Origin: a virus
Taxonomy: Duplodnaviria; Caudoviricetes
DNA: 55,468 nt
IMG/VR virus record: IMGVR_UViG_3300043449_000430
Location: 1 to 55,468 of that record
Strand: one strand, 5' to 3'
The translations under genes and the position numbers were made by a program. Below the pieces are notes generated by a model. The model was not told where the DNA came from and did no database searches. It saw only the letters and a list, made by a program, of their open reading frames with translations. The number at the start of each line of letters is the position of its first letter. Position 1 is the stretch's first letter. Shown piece after piece: positions 8,042-15,252 of this stretch.

Positions 8042-8653
8042 TCAGACATAGGTAAGTTTCTCTGCCTCTTCCGCAAGAGTAATTGTCATTCTGTATCTTT
8101 CATCTATCACCTTATGAAAATCCTCATACACTACTCCATTATTATAATATCTATTGGACTCTCTTCTAAAATGAAAATTACAATAAAAAACACCATCTGA
8201 TATATTGTTTATATCTTTTACTGTAGTAAAGTTGATTTTACCATCAACCATTTTGATCGGTATAACCTTGACAAGTGCGTCTGCCGTGCAACCGTACCTT
8301 CTGTCGTAAGAATTAATTAGAGAACACTTATGACCCCATGTTTCTGTGGTTGTTACATTTTTTGGAAATGTATCTTTTACTCTTTCTCTTTCATCAACTA
8401 TATAGTTAACAATACTTTGCCAAGGATTTTCTGGGTGAGAGTAGCCCTGTTTAGACATGTATAATTCGTAGTGATAGTGATAATCACATAGGAATTTGTT
8501 ACCATGGCTACCCTCAATATAAACAAATGCTGGGGTAACACATGACACATTGGCATTCTCCTTTGCGCCATGCATCTCCAATACTGATGGAGGGAAATTC
8601 ATTTTTGGATCAAATGCTTGACATTTTTGCTCTTCTGGTATTTTTGTTATCAT
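8042..8653 (-). CDS. Hypothetical protein with two tandem Cys/His domains
   Basis: Two copies of C..A.V...C..H....DER; start moved to MITKIP after an AAGGGAAAGG SD. Confidence 0.6.
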   Translation of the reverse strand: MITKIPEEQKCQAFDPKMNFPPSVLEMHGAKENANVSCVTPAFVYIEGSHGNKFLCDYHYHYELYMSKQGYSHPENPWQSIVNYIVDERERVKDTFPKNVTTTETWGHKCSLINSYDRRYGCTADALVKVIPIKMVDGKINFTTVKDINNISDGVFYCNFHFRRESNRYYNNGVVYEDFHKVIDERYRMTITLAEEAEKLTYV

Positions 8654-8666
8654 ATTTACCTTTCCC

Positions 8667-9320
8667 TTAGTAATGCTTTCTTCGCCAAAAATTTTTCTTA
8701 TAACTAATCTTTTTGTCTGAATGTCTTTCTTTATACATTCTTTGCCAGAATGCAGTATCGTACTCGGACTCATCTGCAGACCAGTCTTCTCTTTTTATAG
8801 GAATCACCTGAAACATTGGGGTTCCTGCCTTAATAACACCAGTAAAACTACTTTTAATGTAGAAAGGAATGTTTCCAATTATAGTATGATGATAAGTATC
8901 TGAATCTACAATTCCAGACATAGTATAGAAAGGAAGATCCGCCCTGTTTAATGGGTGGGTAATGAGGCTACTATACCCATCTGGAAGTTGTATTGACCAT
9001 GGTCGTTGCCAGATAAATTCTTTTTGATAAAGTTCTTCTGATGAAGGCATGGCAGTATTTTCTCTTTGCTTTACCATTTCAACTTCGTGTGGAAGTGTTT
9101 CAACTTTTACTTCTCCATTGTCGCATGTGACTAGAATATCTGTCCATGTTCTTTGAATATAGCCTGAAGTTAAAGCATCTAAAAATGGAACACATTTTTT
9201 TACCCCTGAAGGATCTGTCTTTGGCAAAATATCTTTGTACCATTCTGGTACAACAGACCTTGCTGGAGATGGAACCAGTTCTTTGATTTTTTTAGATCCA
9301 GGAATAAAAAGAACCTTCAT
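8667..9320 (-). CDS. Conserved phage hypothetical protein (KKC.PFLDA / SGIVDSD type, beta-rich)
   Basis: 217 aa; KKCVPFLDALTSGY, PW.I.LP.GYS, GIVDSD, GTP..QVIP motifs; function not assigned. Confidence 0.6.
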   Translation of the reverse strand: MKVLFIPGSKKIKELVPSPARSVVPEWYKDILPKTDPSGVKKCVPFLDALTSGYIQRTWTDILVTCDNGEVKVETLPHEVEMVKQRENTAMPSSEELYQKEFIWQRPWSIQLPDGYSSLITHPLNRADLPFYTMSGIVDSDTYHHTIIGNIPFYIKSSFTGVIKAGTPMFQVIPIKREDWSADESEYDTAFWQRMYKERHSDKKISYKKNFWRRKHY

Positions 9321-9506
9321 TTATTTTTTTCTATTATCTGTACTATAGAATCCAGACCCAGTAAACTGAGCCCCTATGGGAGTGTAGTGTCTTTTCATAT
9401 CAGCACCACACTCACCACAAGGATAGGTCTCTTTATAGTTTGACATACTGGTGTTGAATGGAACAATGTTGTTGTTGCACTCACACTTGTATTCGTATAT
9501 AGGCAT
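9321..9506 (-). CDS. FmdB-family zinc-ribbon protein
   Basis: MPIYEYKC..C...C..C...F.GSGFYSTD; start moved to 9506. Confidence 0.85.
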   Translation of the reverse strand: MPIYEYKCECNNNIVPFNTSMSNYKETYPCGECGADMKRHYTPIGAQFTGSGFYSTDNRKK

Positions 9507-9613
9507 TACTTCTTTTTCTTCTCTTTGACTGTCCAGTATGGAAGGTTTAGCGAATCTCCGCCCCACTCATAGCCTAATGCTTTTACGACAAATTTAATTA
9601 TCTTGATACGCAT
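9506..9613 (-). CDS. Small hypothetical protein (35 aa, not in ORF track)
   Basis: MRIKIIKFVVKALGYEWGGDSLNLPYWTVKEKKKK; TAATG overlaps at both ends. Confidence 0.55.
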   Translation of the reverse strand: MRIKIIKFVVKALGYEWGGDSLNLPYWTVKEKKKK

Positions 9614-9813
9614 TACTTCACCTTATGACCAAACTTTGCCCAAACTCTTTCGTGAAGAAAGTATCCAAGCGCTTCCCAGCCAATGTATAGAAGGGCACCA
9701 AGACTTGCGTACTCCCATTCACCAGTAAAAAGATAAATCACTCCAGCAACACCAACTAGATGGAAAGTTTCCCAACTCGCTGTTTTAAGCAATGTTCTCT
9801 TCGTTGATTCCAT
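9613..9813 (-). CDS. DUF2061-family small membrane protein (third copy)
   Basis: ESTKRTLLKTASW...YFLHERVW. Confidence 0.8.
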   Translation of the reverse strand: MESTKRTLLKTASWETFHLVGVAGVIYLFTGEWEYASLGALLYIGWEALGYFLHERVWAKFGHKVK

Positions 9814-10416
9814 TTACTTTGCCTTCTTAACTGCTGGCTTCTTCGCTACTGGCTTAGCAACTGCTTCTGCAGGTGCTGCTAGTTTATTTAGCAATGGAGC
9901 ATTTTCTTCTCCAGCATAAACTGGACGACCCCAACCAACTACTGCGTTCATTAACTTCTTTTTGTTGTTCTTTACATATCCACGAGTTTTCTCTACGCAC
10001 ATTCCGCCATTGCGCTGATCTCCCTTTGCAGTTCCTGAAGTGTTTCCTTCAATAACTTGGATAGTTCCATCACCGTTGTTCTTAATACAAAGACCAACAT
10101 GTGAAATACGATTTACACCATCTTCTGGGAAATCAAAATAAATCCAGTCTCCTGGCTGTGGATCATCATTGCGAGCATCTGACCAACGCTCAGCCTTCTT
10201 GAACCAGTCTGCTGCTGCAACTGTTGATGCTGACTTTGGGAATGACTTTACTCCCGCTGTAAAAGCACACCATGAAACGAATGACTGGCACCATGGCTGG
10301 AAGTTTACCTTAATCCATGCACCGTATTTTGTTTCATTATCTTTTGGGCCTTCAATTGTGCCCACTTCCTTTTTTGCAATCTCAATGATTGCCTCTAAAC
10401 TACCTTTTACTGCCAT
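9814..10416 (-). CDS. CHAP-domain endolysin/amidase
   Basis: PWCQSFVSW (Cys), PQPGD, SHVG (His), IEGNT; Lys/Ala/Pro tail. Confidence 0.85.
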   Translation of the reverse strand: MAVKGSLEAIIEIAKKEVGTIEGPKDNETKYGAWIKVNFQPWCQSFVSWCAFTAGVKSFPKSASTVAAADWFKKAERWSDARNDDPQPGDWIYFDFPEDGVNRISHVGLCIKNNGDGTIQVIEGNTSGTAKGDQRNGGMCVEKTRGYVKNNKKKLMNAVVGWGRPVYAGEENAPLLNKLAAPAEAVAKPVAKKPAVKKAK

Positions 10417-10454
10417 GTTTATTCCTCCTTTAAGGACATATCTATTATACCAGT

Positions 10455-11894
10455 CTACCTACATATTGTAAAATTATATTCTTTTTCCCACTTAAGAATG
10501 TCATCCTCATCATTCAAAAGTGGCTGGCCTTTTATGTTAAGGCTAGTATTCAAAAGAACTGGGACACCAGTCTGAAGATAAAACTTGTTGATTGCTCTAT
10601 ATAGCCCTGGATGCTGCTCTCTTGTAACCGTCTGCACTCTAGATGTTCCATCTTCATGCACTACAGATGGGATCTTGTCGGGCTTCAAACACTTCACAGT
10701 GTATTGCATATACGGACTATCAAAATCCATATCAAACCATTTATGTGCATGATCAGCCAAAACTACAGGAGCAAACGGTCTGAATAGTTCTCTTTGTTTA
10801 ATCCTATTAACCTTATCTTTTATTAGTGGATCTCGTGGGTCTGCAAGAATTGATCTGTTGCCAAGTGCTCTTGGACCATACTCTGCTCGACCTGATGCTA
10901 CTGCTACTATTCCATCCTTCAATATTCCGTCAACAATTTGTTGAATAGGATAGTCTCCACCAAGATCATAGCCAAGATAAGGAGTCTTCCACTCAAGGTG
11001 CTTTCCATATAGCGCTGCTGCTGCACCCAAAGAACTTCCAGCATCCCCTGGGTTTGGCATAATCCAGATCATATCAAACAGGTTCCATAAAGATGTGTTG
11101 GCAGATGAGTTTAGTGCACATCCACCCATGAATACCAAATTCTTTTTTCCAGTTACAAGTTTAGCCATTCGCATAAACTCCATAAGCCTTGTGGTATAAA
11201 CAACTTGAACTGCTGCTGCAATGTCAAACTTATCTTGTTCTGTTATTGCCATATCCCAGTCGTGAATTCCTTTATGGAAGTTATATTTTTGAGTATGATA
11301 GTTTGGGAAATACTCGTCTACTTCTTTGTAATATCTCTTCCAGTCTCCATAAGCAGCCATACCCATCATAATGTATTCTTCTTGGTTTGGCATAAGGCCA
11401 ATCAGGTCTGTAAATGCAGAATAGAATAGGCCGAAACTAACTGGGTAGTTTTGCTTAAATTTAAGTTTAAGTTTGTTGCCTTCGCCTGACCAGACTGTGG
11501 ATGTATTGTATTCTCCCATTGCATCTAGGACTACAACTACAGCATCGTTAAATGGGCTTGTGTAGTATCCCGCAGCAGCGTGTGAATGATGATGACTAAA
11601 ATAAGTAGTTGGAACTCTTTTTCCAAACATATTATCAATTATATATCTTGGTTTCCAGTCTCCTGCACCACCCTTTAAAAGCAGTCTAGAGGCCTTTAGA
11701 AGAGGTTTTTCATAGTAGGCTATATGATCTGGATAGCCATACTGCAAAGCATCATTGATTAAACTATCATTGACATACCAGTCGTTTTTCTGCTTGCTAT
11801 ATCTTTCTGCATGACCTGCAAAAAGTATTTCTCCATCTTTGATTAGCGATACAGATGCATCGTGAGATGTTTCATTGATACCAAGAATTATCAC
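10455..11894 (-). CDS. Carbamoyltransferase (NodU/CmcH/TobZ family)
   Basis: HDAS, ERYSKQK, HHHSHA, DAMGE, MGMAAYG, GGCALN, GDAG, EYGPRALGNRS, FRPFAP, LNTSLN. Confidence 0.95.
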   Translation of the reverse strand: MIILGINETSHDASVSLIKDGEILFAGHAERYSKQKNDWYVNDSLINDALQYGYPDHIAYYEKPLLKASRLLLKGGAGDWKPRYIIDNMFGKRVPTTYFSHHHSHAAAGYYTSPFNDAVVVVLDAMGEYNTSTVWSGEGNKLKLKFKQNYPVSFGLFYSAFTDLIGLMPNQEEYIMMGMAAYGDWKRYYKEVDEYFPNYHTQKYNFHKGIHDWDMAITEQDKFDIAAAVQVVYTTRLMEFMRMAKLVTGKKNLVFMGGCALNSSANTSLWNLFDMIWIMPNPGDAGSSLGAAAALYGKHLEWKTPYLGYDLGGDYPIQQIVDGILKDGIVAVASGRAEYGPRALGNRSILADPRDPLIKDKVNRIKQRELFRPFAPVVLADHAHKWFDMDFDSPYMQYTVKCLKPDKIPSVVHEDGTSRVQTVTREQHPGLYRAINKFYLQTGVPVLLNTSLNIKGQPLLNDEDDILKWEKEYNFTICR

Positions 11895-11903
11895 ACTTTA
11901 TCC

Positions 11904-11990
11904 TTAATATATGTATCTATCTGTATTGTCGTTTTTCCTTATTTTTTTAATAAGAAAATACATCTTAATTTTTTTGATTAGTTTTTTCAT
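11904..11990 (-). CDS. Small basic peptide (28 aa) ending YIY
   Basis: MKKLIKKIKMYFLIKKIRKNDNTDRYIY; exactly fills the gap before the carbamoyltransferase. Confidence 0.5.
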   Translation of the reverse strand: MKKLIKKIKMYFLIKKIRKNDNTDRYIY

Positions 11991-11991
11991 G

Positions 11992-12660
11992 TTACACCAG
12001 AGGGAACCAATGCTGCTCAGAGATAGAGTTTCCAGCACGAAGCAAAGAACTTAGTGGCTCAATATCATAAGCAATAGTAATTCTGGAGCCTTCCCATTCC
12101 CAGTCTCCCATAGCGTGTGGGTGACCCATTTCAGAAAGAATTAGCCTGTTGTTCTTATTTACATTGTCAACAATTCTTCCTGATCCATCATTAATCTGGT
12201 AGTGCGTTGTTGATGGTTCAGCGTTAACACAGTAGTACCCGTGAAAATGAGGTGCAAATGGGCCGCCATGATCATGCCAGTTTAATTTGCCACCCTTTGC
12301 AACACTGTTAATATTAAACCATCCCTGGATGTAGTACTGTTGCTTGTCAAAGTCTACATCGTAATATTCGCATGCCTCTTTGACAGTGTTTACAATTTCC
12401 TTATACAACTTATGAATTGATGAATGGTAGAACTGAAATACATTGTACTCTCTCCACTTTACAGTTGATAGACTTTTGGAGTCAATCCAGTATCCTGGGT
12501 CATTCTCCATTGATGTGACCCCAGCAAGTTTTGCATTTTCAATTAACTCATACTGTTTTTCTAAGAATTTTGACAACTCTTGTAGATCATTGTCTAGATA
12601 CTTTTCAAAAAATTTATGCTCTTTGCTAGGCTTTGGCATTAGGCCATTTGAACTTAACAC
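11992..12660 (-). CDS. Putative 2OG-Fe(II) oxygenase
   Basis: WFNIN..WHDH...GYY...HAM...RITIAYD; AAGGAG SD before GTG. Confidence 0.7.
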   Translation of the reverse strand: MLSSNGLMPKPSKEHKFFEKYLDNDLQELSKFLEKQYELIENAKLAGVTSMENDPGYWIDSKSLSTVKWREYNVFQFYHSSIHKLYKEIVNTVKEACEYYDVDFDKQQYYIQGWFNINSVAKGGKLNWHDHGGPFAPHFHGYYCVNAEPSTTHYQINDGSGRIVDNVNKNNRLILSEMGHPHAMGDWEWEGSRITIAYDIEPLSSLLRAGNSISEQHWFPLV

Positions 12661-12719
12661 TGTCTATCTCCTTTATTGTTTGTCTGCTGTACATCGATAT
12701 AACAATTATACACCATTTG

Positions 12720-12792
12720 CTGCCCCACCAGGTCTCGATCCTGGGACATCCGAATTAACAGTTCGGCACTCTACCATCTGAGTTATAGGGCA
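12720..12792 (-). tRNA. tRNA-Asn (GTT)
   Basis: Full cloverleaf: acceptor TGCCCTA/TGGGGCA, D ACTC/GAGT, anticodon CCGAA-CTGTTAA-TTCGG, T CCAGG-ATCGAGA-CCTGG, discriminator G; CCA not encoded. Confidence 0.93.
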
Positions 12793-12825
12793 ATGAGCAG
12801 TTTTAAGTCATGCCTAGGACATTTT

Positions 12826-13698
12826 TTAATTACGAATATATGTTGCAGTACCAATCAAAATCTTTGGAAGAGCATTTAGATACTCTACAAAGGTCTTAAA
12901 TGTATTGCGGTTTACATATGATGCTGCTGATACCACGGTTGCCACAGAACTTCCAGCAGTATCTACTGGTGATCCATTGTACTTAGTGATTCTAACCTTG
13001 CCAGGGGCAACCATATCAAGTCCAGGACCTGTATTTGTTGCTGCCTCTAGTTGGGTTGCACTACCCAGTGCTCCAACACCAGTAACTCCACTTACACAAG
13101 ATGGGAATCCAACTACATCTCGTCGCTTATCATTACCTGTTGCAACAAAAACGGGGATGTTACTTGAAGTTAAAGATGAAACTGCGTTAATAGTAACTGT
13201 ATCTGTTGAGCATAGAGCAAGATTTCCTGCACTTACTGAAGACTGGCTAATTGAAAGAGCATCAATGCTATACTTTGAAGCATTCTTTGAAACCCAGTCA
13301 ATTGCTTGGGCAAGAGCCTTAGCATCTCCCCTTGAATTTCCAATGCTTGTTACATCATTAAATCTAACAAAAACAATCTTCAGTTCTGGGTTTACTGTAA
13401 GTGCAGCCTTTACCATTGAGTCTCCATGGTATGTCGCATTGTTGACTGCAGAAGGCCATGGCGCAGATGCAGAGCCCTTCCCTTCCATGAACAATTCACC
13501 GTTAGGGCAAGACATATTTTGGGAAACAACATTTGACTTTACAGTTGTAAAGCAAGCCTCATAAATAATTGATGGGAAGTTATTAGAATTAATAGCAGAA
13601 TCAATAATGGCAAGAACCTTTTGATCTTCTGCTTGTGCTGGGGTAATTACTGAAAACAAAAGTGTTGCTGATAGTAGTGCTAGTAGTGTCTTCTTCAT
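12826..13698 (-). CDS. Secreted subtilisin-like (S8) serine protease
   Basis: Signal peptide MKKTLLALL...AQA; AIIDS (Asp), HGD (His), ATGND (oxyanion Asn), AGSS (Ser). Confidence 0.8.
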   Translation of the reverse strand: MKKTLLALLSATLLFSVITPAQAEDQKVLAIIDSAINSNNFPSIIYEACFTTVKSNVVSQNMSCPNGELFMEGKGSASAPWPSAVNNATYHGDSMVKAALTVNPELKIVFVRFNDVTSIGNSRGDAKALAQAIDWVSKNASKYSIDALSISQSSVSAGNLALCSTDTVTINAVSSLTSSNIPVFVATGNDKRRDVVGFPSCVSGVTGVGALGSATQLEAATNTGPGLDMVAPGKVRITKYNGSPVDTAGSSVATVVSAASYVNRNTFKTFVEYLNALPKILIGTATYIRN

Positions 13699-13715
13699 TG
13701 TATTCCTTTTCATTT

Positions 13716-13910
13716 TTACGATATCATCAATCTGACGATATGACAACATGGGTCTCCACCTTGGTCCCACTCTTCAATCTCTTCTGCGCTCATGTATTGG
13801 TATCCACCGTCATGAGTATTGCAATACGGTTCTGTGATCCATCCCCGCTCAATTCCATTTGTAATCCAAATACCGAACTCTTGTTCTTCTACTGATAAGT
13901 CTTCGCTCAT
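13716..13910 (-). CDS. Small Cys/His hypothetical protein
   Basis: C.THDG...DPCCH; leaderless -10 upstream. Confidence 0.65.
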   Translation of the reverse strand: MSEDLSVEEQEFGIWITNGIERGWITEPYCNTHDGGYQYMSAEEIEEWDQGGDPCCHIVRLMIS

Positions 13911-13925
13911 ATTATAATTATATCC

Positions 13926-14450
13926 TTAAAGGCTAACGATGTCAACTGGACCCATACAGGATGGGCTAAATTTAATTGCAGCATTTACTGCCTGCAAGAC
14001 TCTGTTTCTTGCATTTTTTTGCTTATCTGTTGCATACAAAACTCCATATGCATACTCTGCCCCTGAACCCATAGCAAGATAGGGAAGTGTGTATTTAGAT
14101 AAAGACATATCTGCAGAACTGTGTTCGTAAATTTCACCACGGACTGCAATAATCAAACCAAGGTCTCCATCTTTAGATGTGTCAACCCAGAACTCGTTAT
14201 AGAAATCACGAAGTTCTTTAACAAACTTAGTCTGCATAAACTTATCTGTGTCTTTAATGTTTGGAGCAGTTGGCTTAAAATTGTATCGGATTCTTTCTCC
14301 GTCCATTGCCCCTGCATATCCAATAAGGTACGGACCAATCTTCCAAACCTTTGGAGCATCTAATGCTAAAATAGTACCATCATCTGAGGCACCACGATCA
14401 CCAGCCATGTAGATTTTATCTTCATGTTTTACTACAGAAATACAAGTCAT
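13926..14450 (-). CDS. Proteasome beta-subunit/HslV-like Ntn threonine protease
   Basis: N-terminal MTC, AGDR, PKV, GYAG, MGSG. Confidence 0.8.
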   Translation of the reverse strand: MTCISVVKHEDKIYMAGDRGASDDGTILALDAPKVWKIGPYLIGYAGAMDGERIRYNFKPTAPNIKDTDKFMQTKFVKELRDFYNEFWVDTSKDGDLGLIIAVRGEIYEHSSADMSLSKYTLPYLAMGSGAEYAYGVLYATDKQKNARNRVLQAVNAAIKFSPSCMGPVDIVSL

Positions 14451-14481
14451 GGAAAAAGCCCTCTCTAGATAGATATACCTA

Positions 14482-14511
14482 AGTATACCATTGCCCAGAG
14501 AGGGCTGTCAA
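14482..14511 (-). promoter_or_regulatory. Promoter for the Ntn protease gene
   Basis: TTGACA-N18-TATACT with TGG at the extended -10 position. Confidence 0.65.
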
Positions 14512-14527
14512 CTACCGCCAATAATGA

Positions 14528-14815
14528 CTAATTAGCCTTCTTGTCTACCGTCTTAAACGCATCATTGATCTCTGCCAATGTGAGTTTTCCATCGTCCAAA
14601 AAAGCCCTTGCCAGTCTTTCGATGACAGTTGCTACGCCTAATAGTCCTGCTAACAATACTGCCTGAACTGTGTCAATTCCAACGACTGCACCAGCACCAA
14701 GTACTGATAAGCCAGAAGCAGCAAATACTGCTACGATTCGCATTAGGATATTTGTTAGAGCCTTTTGTGGGTGCTCCTTTTTTGGAGCCTCTACTACTAC
14801 CTTTTTAGTTGCCAT
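14528..14815 (-). CDS. Small membrane protein (possibly holin-like)
   Basis: Two TM helices, C-terminal DDGKLTLAEIN. Confidence 0.6.
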   Translation of the reverse strand: MATKKVVVEAPKKEHPQKALTNILMRIVAVFAASGLSVLGAGAVVGIDTVQAVLLAGLLGVATVIERLARAFLDDGKLTLAEINDAFKTVDKKAN

Positions 14816-14817
14816 TT

Positions 14818-15045
14818 TTAGTCCTCCTTATCCTTATTATTTGCCTTTGCCCCAAAGTAACCACCAATGATTCCAATGAGGCCTCCAAGAGCAGTTTGTA
14901 CTAATGTCATTACCTCTGCAGATACCTCTACAGGCTCACCAGTCACTTGAGTTTCCATTGCTGCTGTTACGTAATCACCAACAATGGCAGTAATGATTGC
15001 TATTCCTACTAGGATAGCCAATACATAAATTACCTTATCTTTCAT
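14818..15045 (-). CDS. Small two-TM membrane protein
   Basis: Hydrophobic helices, GGLIGIIGGYFG. Confidence 0.6.
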   Translation of the reverse strand: MKDKVIYVLAILVGIAIITAIVGDYVTAAMETQVTGEPVEVSAEVMTLVQTALGGLIGIIGGYFGAKANNKDKED

Positions 15046-15251
15046 TATTCTTCCTTTCTAAGCGGAATTGTAATTAACCAGATTATTGTTGTTCCAAGTA
15101 CTGCTATACCAACAATGTCTCTGGCTGATCCCGTCAAAGTTAGCCATGCGATGAAGAAGCCTAGGAGAGTAAAGGCTTGTGCAATTACTTCCACTCCCGC
15201 ATCCTTTAGCCATGTAAAGAATCCCTTTACAACCTTCTTGATTATTTTCAC
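15045..15251 (-). CDS. Small two-TM membrane protein
   Basis: Q.FTLLG.FIAWL.L.GSA pattern. Confidence 0.6.
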   Translation of the reverse strand: MKIIKKVVKGFFTWLKDAGVEVIAQAFTLLGFFIAWLTLTGSARDIVGIAVLGTTIIWLITIPLRKEE

Positions 15252-15252
15252 A

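Noticed and set aside
12905-13564. 219-aa plus-strand ORF and the many other plus-strand ORFs in the track
   Set aside because: They are antisense shadows of well-supported minus-strand genes, with no recognisable motifs
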